Part shown: in pieces, positions 29,955-43,505 of the stretch
How positions within the stretch are numbered: the stretch's first letter is position 1
Layout: each line of letters starts with the position of its first letter
Source: an uncultured Verrucomicrobiae bacterium
GTDB taxonomy: Bacteria > Verrucomicrobiota > Verrucomicrobiia > Chthoniobacterales > Chthoniobacteraceae
Length of the DNA: 64,000 nt
Assembly: GCA_963769025.1 (NCBI GenBank)
Contig: CAVYKI010000003.1
Location: 416,001-480,000 of the forward strand
Direction: 5' to 3'
Notes under the pieces: model-generated
Seen by the model: the letters and a program-made list of their open reading frames with translations, nothing else
Database searches by the model: none
What the model was told of the DNA's origin: nothing
Translations under genes and position numbers: made by a program

Positions 29955-29967
29955 TGCAAAAGTCGCC

Positions 29968-30522
29968 ATGAATTTCCCAGTCATCCTCGCCCAAGCCTCA
30001 CAGAATCCCGTCGTGAAGACGGTGTCCGACATCGCGCAGCAGTTCGGAGCCAACTGGTGGGGCCTGCTCTGCCAGATCATCAGCTTCTGCATCGTCGCAT
30101 TCCTGCTCGCGAAGTTTGCCTACAATCCCGTCCTCGCCGTGCTCGAAGCGCGCCGGCAGAAAATCGAGGAGAGCCTCGCCAACGCGAAGAAAATCCAGGA
30201 GCAGCTCTCCGAGGCGCAGAAGACCTCGGAGCAGATCCTCGCCAAGGCCAACGCCGATGCGACAAAGATGATCGAGGAGACGCGCGCCGCAGCGAAGCAG
30301 GTTTCCGAAAAGGAAAACCAGCGCGCCGTGCAGCAGGCCGCCGAGATCATCCAGAAGGCCCGCGAAGCCGGTGAAGCCGAGCAGAAGCGCCTCATGGCCG
30401 AGCTGAAGAAGGAACTTTCCCGCCTCGTGGTGGACACCACGGCGAAAGTCACCGGCAAGGTGCTCACTTCCGCCGACCAGCAGAAGATCACCTCCGAGGC
30501 GAACAAGGAACTCGCCGCTTAA
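29968..30522 (+). CDS. atpF: F0 ATP synthase subunit b
   Basis: N-terminal TM (QIISF..KFAYNP..LEARRQKI) then coiled coil. Confidence 0.93.
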   Translation: MNFPVILAQASQNPVVKTVSDIAQQFGANWWGLLCQIISFCIVAFLLAKFAYNPVLAVLEARRQKIEESLANAKKIQEQLSEAQKTSEQILAKANADATKMIEETRAAAKQVSEKENQRAVQQAAEIIQKAREAGEAEQKRLMAELKKELSRLVVDTTAKVTGKVLTSADQQKITSEANKELAA

Positions 30523-30531
30523 ACACCGGAA

Positions 30532-30931
30532 ATGAAACTTTCCAAAGAGGCCCGCAAACTTTCCAAGCAGCTTTTCCGTGAGAGCTTCACGGGCGGAGCG
30601 CTGGACGCAGCGAAGGTGGGCAGTGTCACGGACACGGTCATCCGCGCGAAGCCCCGCCAGTACATCGGCGTGCTCAAGGAATTTGCCCGCCTCATCCGCC
30701 TCGAAACCGCCCGCCGTCACGCGATCATCGAGAGCGCTGCGGAATTGGAACCGGCCGAGAAGGGCGCGATCACCCGCACCATCCACGAAAAGTACGGCGC
30801 GGATGTGACCACCGAATACACGACGAATCCCGCGCTCATCGGCGGGCTCCGCATCCAGGTCGGCAGCGATGTCGTGGACGCCAGCGTCCGCATCGCGGCT
30901 CGACCGCCTCGCGAACGATCTCGCAGCCTAG
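30532..30931 (+). CDS. atpH: F1 ATP synthase subunit delta, short form (frameshift near 3' end)
   Basis: NPALIGGLRIQVGSDVVDASV; position between atpF and atpA. Confidence 0.88.
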
Positions 30932-30938
30932 TTTTCCC

Positions 30939-30963
30939 CAACACTCAACTCTCAACTTTCAAC
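30939..30963 (+). repeat. Heptamer repeat (CAACTCT-like) before atpA
   Basis: CAACACT CAACTCT CAACTTT CAAC. Confidence 0.7.
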
Positions 30964-30976
30964 ACGCACCTTCGCC

Positions 30977-32511
<1,535 letters not shown>

Positions 32512-32524
32512 CCGAAACCCGACC

Positions 32525-33424
32525 ATGGCCGCGAACACCCGCGACATCCGCCGACGCATCAAGTCGGTCAAGAACACGTCGCAGATCACGAAGGCGATGC
32601 AGATGGTCGCGCGCTGCGAAGATGAAGCAAGGCGCAGGACAGCGCGCGCTCAACGGCCGTCCCTACGCCGAGACTCGCTGAACAAGGTGCTGCGTCGCTC
32701 TGCACAGGCCGGCGGCAGCGAGGAACTCGCACCCGCTTCTCGCAGGAGCGCAAGGAGTGAAACGCGAGCTCGTGCTCGTCATCACCACCGACAAGGGCCT
32801 CTGCGGCGCGCTCAATACGAACCTGCTCCGCGAAGCTGACCAAGTTCGATCCCGCGAAGACCACCTTCGTCACCATCGGCCGCAAGGGCTCGCAGTTCCT
32901 CGGCCGCCTGAAGCGCAACCTCGTCGCGGACTTCGCGCTGAAGGAGGCGTTCACCTTCCTCGAGTGCAAGCAGGCGTCGCAAGTTCTGCATCGAGAAATT
33001 CCTCACCGGCGAAGTGGACAAGGTCACCGTCGCCTACACCAACTTCATCAACACGCTGCGGCAGGAGCCGACGCTCGAAGCTGATCCTGCCCGTGCAAAA
33101 CTTCGATGCGTCGACTCGAAGGCGCTGCATGGCGCGAAGACCGACGTCGCGCCGCGAAACACCGACCGAGTATCTTTTCGAACCGAGCGCCGAGCGGCGT
33201 GCTGGAGCATCTCGTGCCGCACTACGTGAACTTCACCGTCTATCAGATGGTGCTCGAAAGCCGCGCCTCCGAGCACAGCGCGCGCATGGTCGCGATGAAG
33301 AACGCGACCGACAACGCGAAGCAGCTCATCAAGGACCTCACGCTCGAATACAACAAGCTCCGCCAGGCCGCGCATCACCACCGAACTTCTCGAAATCACC
33401 ACCGCGCAGATGGCGCTCGGCTAA
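32525..33424 (+). CDS. atpG: F1 ATP synthase subunit gamma (several frameshifts)
   Basis: [41 protein letters not shown]. Confidence 0.95.
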
Positions 33425-33433
33425 TCCGTCATC

Positions 33434-33460
33434 CAACTCTCAACTCACCGACTCTCAACC
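33434..33460 (+). repeat. Heptamer repeat (CAACTCT-like) before atpD
   Basis: caactctcaactcaccgactctcaacc. Confidence 0.65.
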
Positions 33461-33462
33461 AC

Positions 33463-34879
<1,417 letters not shown>

Positions 34880-34881
34880 CT

Positions 34882-34981
34882 GGTTGAGAGGTGAGGGTTG
34901 AGAGTTGAGAGTCCCGGACTCGCCACTCTGGCCCAAACACTGAAAAGCACGCCTCTCGACTCTCGACCAACAACTCTCAAC
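34882..34981. repeat. Inverted arrangement of heptamer repeats between atpD and atpC
   Basis: GGTTGAGAGGTGAGGGTTGAGAGTTGAGAG ... CTCTCGACTCTCGACCAACAACTCTCAAC. Confidence 0.7.
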
Positions 34982-34988
34982 TTCCAAA

Positions 34989-35405
34989 ATGGCTGCCACT
35001 CTCCACCTCGAAATCGTCACTCCTGAGTCACGCGCTTACAGCGACGACGTGGAGCTGGTCGTACTTCCCGCCATCGAGGGCGAGATGGGCGTCTACCCGC
35101 AGCACGTCCCGCTCATCACCGCGATCACGCCCGGTGAACTCATCGTCACCAAGGACGGGAAGACGACGCACCTCGCCGTCGGCGAAGGTTTCGTCGAGAT
35201 CACCGGTGACAAAGTCAGCGTCTTGGTGGACATGGCGCTCACCGAGGAATCGATTGACGAAAAGGCTGCCGAAGAAGCCGTGAGACGTGCCGAAGCACGC
35301 CTCAAGGAAGAACACATCGGCGAGGAGGAATCTGCGATGGTACAGGCGGCCATCGCCAAGTCGCTCGCCCAGCTCCACGTCAAGCGCCGCCGGCGCTCGG
35401 TGTAG
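34989..35405 (+). CDS. atpC: F1 ATP synthase subunit epsilon
   Basis: LEIVTPE, GEMGVYPQHVP, GFVEI. Confidence 0.95.
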   Translation: MAATLHLEIVTPESRAYSDDVELVVLPAIEGEMGVYPQHVPLITAITPGELIVTKDGKTTHLAVGEGFVEITGDKVSVLVDMALTEESIDEKAAEEAVRRAEARLKEEHIGEEESAMVQAAIAKSLAQLHVKRRRRSV

Positions 35406-35479
35406 ATTCGACCGGAATCTCGCGGCTCAACAGGGGCTTCACTTTCGCGGCGAGCTTCCGCGCGCTTTTGCGGCGAGAT

Positions 35480-35965
35480 TCAGACCTGCGTCTGCTTTGG
35501 ATTGATCCAAATCTCCCCGGCTCGCACCTCGACCGGATAGCGAGGCAGCGGACGTGGCGGCGGACCGGCAAGCACGCTGCCATCCCTGGCGCTGAAAAAT
35601 CCCTCGTGGCACGGGCAATAGAATTGCCGCTTGTCGTGCTGGTAATTCACCGGGCACATGAGGTGTGTGCAACTCTGGCTGTACGCGGCGAACTCATTTT
35701 CACCCAACCGCACGAGGATCGCGGGATGATGCTCCGTGGGATATGCGAAGAGCTTGTAGCCACCGACCGGCACCTCCTCGACGCGCGCGATGAACTTCGG
35801 CTCGGTCGCGGCAGGCATCGGGAAGAGTTTGTCCTTCGCAAGCCAGCCTGCACCGACGGCGAGCGCGGAGCAGCATGCGACCTTCGCGAATGCCCGGCGT
35901 GTCACATCGTGCTCGGCTGATTGGCGGATGGGGTAACCGGATTTCCAATGAGACTGGTCAGACAT
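35480..35965 (-). CDS. Rieske [2Fe-2S] protein with twin-arginine-like N-terminus
   Basis: CTHLMC / CPCHEG; TRRAFAK plus hydrophobic stretch; GPPPRPL. Confidence 0.9.
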   Translation of the reverse strand: MSDQSHWKSGYPIRQSAEHDVTRRAFAKVACCSALAVGAGWLAKDKLFPMPAATEPKFIARVEEVPVGGYKLFAYPTEHHPAILVRLGENEFAAYSQSCTHLMCPVNYQHDKRQFYCPCHEGFFSARDGSVLAGPPPRPLPRYPVEVRAGEIWINPKQTQV

Positions 35966-35974
35966 CGGGTGTAA

Positions 35975-36676
35975 TCAGTGGCAGGTGCAGGTTTCTGAGC
36001 AACGCGCGCCGAGTTCGGCCTCATTCCAGACCGCAGCGCCCGCAGCATCCGGCGCTCCGGCGCGGGTAAGTGAAAACGGATCGAAGTCCTTTCCCTCCCA
36101 CGGAAGGAAATCGAGCACCTCGAACGGCAGCGCCTTCAACTCCGGCGAAGTCATCATGTTCACCTTCGTGCGCACGGTCTGACGGCCAAATTGGAACTCA
36201 TTCACGGGCTGCTCGCGGCGGAATTTCTCAATGTATTCGCGCGGACCGTAGTAGAGCGCGCCGCTCGGGCAGACCGTCGCGCACATCGGCTTCTTCCCGA
36301 CGCTCGTGCGGTCGTAGCACATGTCGCACTTCATCATCAGGTCGATCTCGACCTTCATCTTCGGCACGCCGAACGGGCATGCGATCACGCAGTTCGAGCA
36401 CGCCACGCAACGCGGCTTGGCTGCGCTGTGGACGACGCCATGGTCATCCTGCTTGATCGCATCCGCCGGGCACACGCGCGCGCAGGTCGGATCCTCGCAG
36501 TGCATGCAGACGACCGGCGCAGTCTGCACTCCGGTGGAGCGATGCACGTATTCGAGATGGATCATCGGCTGGCCGCGATGCGTGCCGCATTCCCCACAAG
36601 CCTGCACGCACGCCTGGCATCCGATGCAGCGCGACGGATCGAGGAAGAATTCGTTGCCGTTCAGCGCGCCGTTCAT
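35975..36676 (-). CDS. Four-cluster (DmsB/FdnH-like) Fe-S protein
   Basis: [52 protein letters not shown] overlap with the Mo subunit. Confidence 0.92.
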   Translation of the reverse strand: MNGALNGNEFFLDPSRCIGCQACVQACGECGTHRGQPMIHLEYVHRSTGVQTAPVVCMHCEDPTCARVCPADAIKQDDHGVVHSAAKPRCVACSNCVIACPFGVPKMKVEIDLMMKCDMCYDRTSVGKKPMCATVCPSGALYYGPREYIEKFRREQPVNEFQFGRQTVRTKVNMMTSPELKALPFEVLDFLPWEGKDFDPFSLTRAGAPDAAGAAVWNEAELGARCSETCTCH

Positions 36677-38895
36677 TTGGTTTTCAACGGCATCGGCTGG
36701 CCGGCGGCGGCGGGCTTGGGTTTCGGCGCGTCGGAAACTTTCTCCACCCGGCACGCACAGACCTTGAACTCGGGAATCTTCGATATCGGATCGAGCGCAC
36801 GGATTGTCACCTGGTTCGCGGCCTTCTTGCCCGGCCAGTGATACGGGATGAACACCGTGTCGGGCCGGATGCTCTTCACGACTTGCGCGGGCACGGTGAT
36901 GTCACCACGTCGCGTCGTCACCTTCACGATGTCGCGATCCTTGATGCCGAGCTTCTCGGCCAGCAGCGGGTGCATCTCACACAGCGGTTCGGGGTATTGA
37001 TCCACCAGGCCGCCGATGCGTCGCGTCTGCGTACCGCTGAGGTATTGCGAGACGACGCGGCCAGTCGTGAAAAAGATCGGGAACTCCGCGTCCACATCCT
37101 CGGCCGGCGGCCGGTAGTCGTAGGCGTGGAATTTCGCGCGCCCATCCGGGTGATGGAACTTCCCGCCCTCAAACAAGCGCGGCGTGCCGGGATGCTCGGG
37201 CGCGGGGCACGGCCAAAAGACGCCCATGTTGTCCTCGATCTTCTCGTAGGTCATCCCGCTGTAATCAATCGGCCCGCCCTTCGATGCCGCGGCGAGTTCG
37301 GTGAAAATCTCCCCGGCGCTCTTGTAGTGGAAGAACTTCTCCTTGCCGAGCAGTTCGGCCAGTTCGCAGATGATTTTCCAATCCACCCGCGCGTTTTCGG
37401 GTGGCGAGACCGAATTGCGCAGCCGCACGCAGCGCCCTTCGCCGGTCGTCACGGTGCCCTCGTCCTCCTCCTGCAAGGAACCCGCGAGCACGACGTCCGC
37501 GTAGCGCGCGGTCTCGCTGAGGAAGAAGTCTATGCAGCCAAAAAACTCCAGCTTCTCGAGCGCCTTGCGCGTGCGCTCGGAGTCGGGGATCGAGACGAGC
37601 GGATTGAAGCTGATCGAGAGCAGCCCTTTGATTTCCCCCCGCTCGATCGCGTCAATGATCTCGCACGCCGTGAGCCCCTGTTTCGGCAGCTCCGGCTCGG
37701 GGATTCCCCAGAAATCCGCGATAAACTCACGGTGCTCCGGCTTGCCGATGTCCCGCCCGCCGGGGAGCTGGTTGCACCTCTGTCCATGCTCCCGTCCACC
37801 TTGTCCATTCCCCTGCCCGGTGATCGTGCCGTACCCGGAGCCGGGCTTGCCGATGCGTCCGGTGGCGAGCACGAGATTGATGTAAGTGAGCACGTTCTCC
37901 GTGCCCTTCGTGTGATGCTCGATTCCGCGCGCGTGCATCAGCATCGAAGTCTCCGCCGGGCCCCACATCTCCGCCGCGGCGATGATGCTCTTCGCCGGGA
38001 CTCCGGTGATCCTTTCCGTCACCTCGGGCGTGAATTTCTTCACCAGCTCGCGGACTTTGTCGAAGTCGGTCGTGTGCTCGGCGATGAACTTCTCGTCCGT
38101 CCACCCGCGCTCGATCATCACGTGCAGGATGCCATTCGCCAGTGCGCTGTCGCGGCCCGGCCGCACGGGCAGGAAAAGGTCCGCCGTCCGCGCGATCGGC
38201 GTGATGCGCGGATCAATGACGATGATTTTCGCGCCCGCATCACGCGCCCGCCAGACGTAGTCGGTGAGGATCGGGAAGCACTCGGCGAGGTTCGTCCCGG
38301 TGAGGATGATCACCTTTGCGAGCGGGATGTCGCTCCACGGATTCGCCGCGCGATCCACGCCGAACGCCATGCGGTTCGCCGAGCCCGCGGCGACCATGCA
38401 GAGACGGCCGTTGTAATCAATGTTCGCGGTCTGCAGCGCGATGCGCGCGAACTTGCCGTTGAGGTAGGCCTTCTCATTCGTCATCGATGCGCCCCCGAGA
38501 AATGCAAATGCGTCCTTCCCGTACTTGGCCTGGATGTCCTTGATCGCATTCGCCGTCTTGTGCATCGCCTCGTACCAGCCGGCCTCGCGGAAGCCGGTCT
38601 CGTTGCGAATGAGCGGCGAGAGGAGACGGTCCGGGTGGTCGTTCTGCATGTAACGCTTCACGCCCTTCGGACACAGTTTGCCTTGGTTCACGGGGAACTC
38701 CTCCCACGGCTCAAATCCGATGACCTTGTTGTCCTTCACCTTGAGCTGGATGCCGCACTGCACGCCGCAGAAGCAGCAGTGTGTCTTCACGAGCTTGTCC
38801 GGCTCGCCGTTGTTCCAGCCACCCGCCGGCGTGTGCGCGGGCGTCGGACCGTAGTTCTCGATGTATTTTTCTTCCGGTAAAGTGAGCGTGGCCAT
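36673..38895 (-). CDS. Mo-bisPGD oxidoreductase, assimilatory nitrate reductase (Nas/NarB-like) catalytic subunit
   Basis: [13 protein letters not shown] 4Fe-4S, NGRLCM (Mo-Cys), [17 protein letters not shown]; no Tat signal; nitrate operon context. Confidence 0.88.
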   Translation of the reverse strand: MATLTLPEEKYIENYGPTPAHTPAGGWNNGEPDKLVKTHCCFCGVQCGIQLKVKDNKVIGFEPWEEFPVNQGKLCPKGVKRYMQNDHPDRLLSPLIRNETGFREAGWYEAMHKTANAIKDIQAKYGKDAFAFLGGASMTNEKAYLNGKFARIALQTANIDYNGRLCMVAAGSANRMAFGVDRAANPWSDIPLAKVIILTGTNLAECFPILTDYVWRARDAGAKIIVIDPRITPIARTADLFLPVRPGRDSALANGILHVMIERGWTDEKFIAEHTTDFDKVRELVKKFTPEVTERITGVPAKSIIAAAEMWGPAETSMLMHARGIEHHTKGTENVLTYINLVLATGRIGKPGSGYGTITGQGNGQGGREHGQRCNQLPGGRDIGKPEHREFIADFWGIPEPELPKQGLTACEIIDAIERGEIKGLLSISFNPLVSIPDSERTRKALEKLEFFGCIDFFLSETARYADVVLAGSLQEEDEGTVTTGEGRCVRLRNSVSPPENARVDWKIICELAELLGKEKFFHYKSAGEIFTELAAASKGGPIDYSGMTYEKIEDNMGVFWPCPAPEHPGTPRLFEGGKFHHPDGRAKFHAYDYRPPAEDVDAEFPIFFTTGRVVSQYLSGTQTRRIGGLVDQYPEPLCEMHPLLAEKLGIKDRDIVKVTTRRGDITVPAQVVKSIRPDTVFIPYHWPGKKAANQVTIRALDPISKIPEFKVCACRVEKVSDAPKPKPAAAGQPMPLKTK

Positions 38896-38905
38896 GAATG
38901 GTTAG

Positions 38906-39988
38906 TCAGCGGCCGATCGTGCGGCCTTGGTTGAGCGCGAGCAGCCGACGGCGGCATGCGGGGCAGATTTCCTGATAATGCACCTCGCCCTGCGCGCCAT
39001 CGAAGCGGTAGTCGAAGCCGAGTTGGTCGAGCACGGTCTTCAGATCGTCCACGTGCATCTGGCTTGCGAAATCTTCCCCACACCGCCGGCAATGCGCCCG
39101 CGTTCCCGCTTCGCCGACCTTCTTGTAGCGGCTCACGCACAGAGAACACGTGCGCTGGAACATGTGAAAAAGTTTTCCGAACGGAATGTAGAGCAGAAGA
39201 GAGACGACGCTGACCATGTGGACGATCGCCCAGATGCCGTGCCCGCGCCCGGCGAGAAATTTGTAGCTCACCGTGAGCGCGAGGCCCGTCGCTGTGACCG
39301 CGAGGATGAGCAGCAGCGGGACGATGTCCTCGGAAAAGGTCTGCGTAGCACGCTCACCCGCATCGGTGAAGCGCCGCCAGCCTGCCATCGCCAGCCCGAC
39401 GAGCACGAGGATCGCCGAGATGTTCAGCAGATTGAACATCAGAAACGCCTTGAAGCTGTGGACGCTGAAGCTGTCCACATTCACGCCGAACGCAGCCACA
39501 TGGTACATCTCGGCGTCGTCGGCAAAGGAAGCGAAATGGATCCAGCCGAACACCAGCGGGAAAGTGATCGCGAATGCGAGCGTGCAGCCGCCCGAAAGGC
39601 ACAGGTGCATGATCCAGCGGTAGCCGCCACGCCGTCGGATGAAATCCTGCGCCACGAAATTTCGCGCCAGCGCATAGCCGAGAGTCCCCGCTCCGTGCGG
39701 CACAGGCACGCTGACCTTCTCGGCGCGCTTCTCCGCGTGAGGCGCCGCTCCGGCCCGACGGAACAGGAGCTCAATCCCCCGCCGGAAGTACATCCGCGAA
39801 GGCGGCCTCTGCGCCCACACCGAGAAGCGATAGCCGACCGCAAACGCCGCCATGAGCGCCCCGATCGCGTAACCGGTGAGCGCCGCATCGAAATGCCGCA
39901 TCCCGATGGAACCGATAACAATCGCCGCGGCGGTCGCGCCTGCCAGCATCACACCCGCGATGAGAGCCGATCGGTTCGGGAGCTTCAT
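38906..39988 (-). CDS. Integral membrane protein, NarI/DsrM-like, with C-terminal CxxC..CxxC
   Basis: About 6-7 TM helices; His in WIMH, IVHM and YIPFGKLFHMF; C-terminal CRRC..CPAC. Confidence 0.6.
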   Translation of the reverse strand: MKLPNRSALIAGVMLAGATAAAIVIGSIGMRHFDAALTGYAIGALMAAFAVGYRFSVWAQRPPSRMYFRRGIELLFRRAGAAPHAEKRAEKVSVPVPHGAGTLGYALARNFVAQDFIRRRGGYRWIMHLCLSGGCTLAFAITFPLVFGWIHFASFADDAEMYHVAAFGVNVDSFSVHSFKAFLMFNLLNISAILVLVGLAMAGWRRFTDAGERATQTFSEDIVPLLLILAVTATGLALTVSYKFLAGRGHGIWAIVHMVSVVSLLLYIPFGKLFHMFQRTCSLCVSRYKKVGEAGTRAHCRRCGEDFASQMHVDDLKTVLDQLGFDYRFDGAQGEVHYQEICPACRRRLLALNQGRTIGR

Positions 39989-39997
39989 GGGCGCGGT

Positions 39998-41711
39998 TCA
40001 CTCCTCATTGGAAAAGAACGCCTGGAGCGTGTTGAGATCGTGCCGCGCGGTGAAGGCTTGGAAGGTCTCACCCTCCGTGCGGTGGCGCAGGTAGCCGCGC
40101 AACATTTTCTCGATGAGCGGCGGCAGACTGTCGAAGGCGATGCCGTTGAAAACCTGACGGCCCACGGCCTGATGCGCGCCGAATCCGCCGCCGACAAAGA
40201 CGTGATAGCCGTCCTGACTTTCACCCATGACTTTCACCTTCGTGCCGAGCAGGCCGATGTCACCCATGTAGTGCTGCGCGCAGGAATTCGGGCAGCCGGT
40301 GACGTGGATGTTCACGGGCTGGTCCAGCTTGATGCGCTTGTCGAGCCAGTCGGCGAGCTTGAGCGCGTGGCCCTTCGTGTCGGCCTGCGCGAATTTGCAA
40401 TACGAGTTGCCCGTGCAGGCGATGAGGCCGCTGCGGAGGTTCGACTGCTCCGTGTCGAATCCGACTTTGCGCAGCGCCTTCTTCACCGTTGCGACGAAGT
40501 GATCAGGCACGTTCGGGATGATGAAATTCTGCCAGACCGTGAGCCGGATTTCGCCGGAGCCGTAAAGGTCGGCGATCTCCGCGATGCGGATCATCTGCTT
40601 TGGATTGATGTGGCCGACGGGCACCGCGACGCCGACGTAATTCAGCCCTGCCTGCTTCTGCGGAAAGATGCCGACGTGCGAATGCGGCAACGTCTGACTC
40701 GGATGCTGGGCAGCCGCCAGATCGAGCGGCGCGCGCTGAAGCTGATAACCGAGCAGCTTCTCCGTCTCGGCGAGATACTGATCGAGCGACCACTTTTCGA
40801 GCAGGTGCTTGAGACGCGCCTTCTTCCTGTCGGTGCGGTTGCCATTCGCGATATAGACGCGCACCACCGCGGCGACGACCTTGTTCAGTTCGGCGGGCTT
40901 CACCAGCACCCCGATGTCGCGCGCGAACGCCTTGTGCCCGGTCGCGCCGCCGAGCGCGATGCGGAAGAAAACCTCGTCGCCGACCTTCACGGCCTTGCAG
41001 CCGATGTCATTCGTGTCCTCGACCGTGCCGATCAGTCCGCCGCCGTCGTAGGCGATGTTGAATTTGCGCGGCAGATCGTAAAAGGCGCGGTCGTTGATGA
41101 TGAGGTGCCCCATCTCGTGGCAGAGCGGCATCACGTCGATCAGCTCGTGCGGATCGATGCCCGCCGTCGGGTTTGCCGTCAGATTGCGGATATTGTCCGC
41201 GCCCGACCCCCGTGTGTGCAGGCCGACATGCTGGATGCGCTGCACAAACGCCGGCGTGTCCTTCGGCTGGATGAGCCGCATCTGCAGGTTCGCCCGCGTG
41301 GTGATCTGCACGTAGCCGGTCGTGAGATCCTTCGCGACTGTGCGCGAGTTCGCGGAGCTGGAAGGTGCGGAGCTGTCCGCCGGGAATCCGCAGCCGCGCC
41401 ATGAAGGCCTCCTTGTTTGGCGTGAGGTAAAAGAGCCCGTTCCACTTGAATCGGAACGTATCCTCCTTGTCCGGCGCCTTGTTCGTCGCCGCGTTCTCAA
41501 GGAGCTGCGGATAGGCGTCGAGCGGATGCAGTTCGCGCTTCACGCGCTCCTCGAAGATGAGGTCTTCCAGCGCGACCTTCGTCTCAGTGGCGGGATTCGG
41601 CGCGACATCGCCAAATCCGACTCCGCGCGCGGAGATGCCGGCGAAAAGCCCGGTAAGATACTCCTTCTGCTCAGCGGTGAAATTCTGTGCGTTGGTGGCT
41701 GTGGCACTCAT
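39998..41711 (-). CDS. nirA: Siroheme nitrite reductase NirA family (one frameshift near 41340)
   Basis: TTRANLQ, DNIRN, LPRKFN, CTGNSYC and GCPNSC siroheme/4Fe-4S ligands. Confidence 0.9.
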
Positions 41712-41714
41712 CGT

Positions 41715-43505
41715 TCAATAGACATCGCGCTGGTAGCGTTTCTCGCCCTTGAGCCGCTCGACGTAGGCCTTTGCCTCATCGCTGGATTTTCCGCCCGCCG
41801 TCTCGATGATCTGTGTGCAGCGCGGCGTCCACATCCTTCGCCATGCGCGAGGCGTCGCCGCAGACGTAAAAGTGCGCGCCGGCTTCGAGCCACGACCACA
41901 GCTCCGCGGCGGCTTCGAGCATCCGCGATCTGCACGTAGATTTTCTCCGCCTGGTCGCGGCTGAAGGCGAGATCGAGCCGCGTGAGATGACCGTCCGCCA
42001 CCCAGCCTTCGAGCTGCTCCTGGTAGAGGAAATCGGTCGCGCGTTTCTGATCGCCGAAGAAGAGCCAGTTGCGCCCCTTCGCTCCGGTCGCGAGGCGTTC
42101 CTCGAGGAACGCGCGGAACGGCGCGATGCCGGTGCCGGGGCCGACCATGATCATCGGCGTGTCGCCGTTCGTCGGGCGGTTTGAAGCCATGCGACGGCTG
42201 GATGTAAACGGGCACGTCGCCGGTCTCACCGACGCGGTCGGCAAGGAAGGTCGAGGCGATGCCCTTCCGGCTGCGGCCATGCGCATCGTAGCGGACGGCG
42301 GCGACGGTGAGATGCACTTCGTCCGGATGCGCCTTGAGGCTCGATGAGATCGAGTAAAGGCGCGGCGCAATCTTCTTGAGCAGCGCCACGAATTCCTGCG
42401 GCGCGAAGCGAACCGGTCAGACATCCGAGCACGTCCATGACTTCGCGTCCGTAGAGCCATTTCTTCAGCTCGTCCTTTTTCGACGGATCGAGCAGCGGCG
42501 CGAAGATGGCGTCCGGCGAATGCTTCGCGACGGCGGCTCAGGAGTTCGGCGGATGGTTTCGTGATGTCGAAGTGCTGCGTCAGCGCGAGCCGCAGCGGCA
42601 GTTCGCCATCCACGGTCTTGACGGCTTCCTCGCCGTCACAGCGGAGCGTCGCGAGAATTTCGCCGACGAGCACCGGACAGTTGCTCGGGAAAACGCCGAG
42701 CGCGTCGCCCACTTCGTAGGTGAGCCCGCTGCCTGCGAGTCCAGATCTCAAAATGCCGCACGTCCTTGCCGGAGCCTGTCGGCGCTGAGCCTGCGATTCG
42801 TGAGGAGCCGCGCCGGGAAAGGCTTCTTCCGCGACCAGGCCGATGCGCCTTCGGATTCCACGGTGGCGCTGCCGTTGGAACCGTTGGCTCCGGGCTGCGG
42901 CTTCACCGCTGCGCCCAGCGCATCGAAAACGCTCGCCGTCCATTCGGCTGCGGGAGTTTCGTATTCCACGTCGCACTCCTTCCGGTCGGCTGACGCGCTT
43001 CGCGCCGAGCGCGGCAAGGCGCTCGTCGCAGAATCTCCCGAACTGGCAGAACGCCGAATAATTCGTGTCACCGAGCGCGAGCACGCTGTAGCGCACGTTT
43101 TCGAGCTTCGGCGCGGCGTCGCTGTTCAGCCATTTCCAAAATCCCTGCGCCATGTCCGGCGGATCGCCGTCGCCGTAGGTGCTCGTGATCACGAGGACGT
43201 TCTGTTCCTTCGTCAAATCCACGTCGGAGTACTTGTCCATGCTCACGAGCTTCGGCGCAAAGCCGCGGCCCTCGGCGACCTTCGGCGGTCTTTTTCGCGA
43301 GCCCTTCGGCGGTGCCGGTCTGGCTGCCGTAGAGGAGAACGAGCGGCGTCTTCGGGCCGGCGTCCAGGCCGAGCGTGGAGGCGAGCGCTTCCGCTCCGGG
43401 CGGGTTGGCGTTGGAGAAAACACCGGCGAGAAAACCGTTCAGCCACATCCGCTGTTCGGCGGTGAAGGGGGCGTTTTCGGGGATGAATGGAATGCGGTTC
43501 ATCAT
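41715..43505 (-). CDS. CysJ-like diflavin (FMN/FAD/NADPH) reductase (several frameshifts)
   Basis: [42 protein letters not shown]-terminal RYQRDVY. Confidence 0.88.

Noticed and set aside
36838..41404. Long plus-strand ORFs (680 aa, 825 aa)
   Set aside because: Antisense shadows of real minus-strand genes in high-GC DNA; no recognisable motifs
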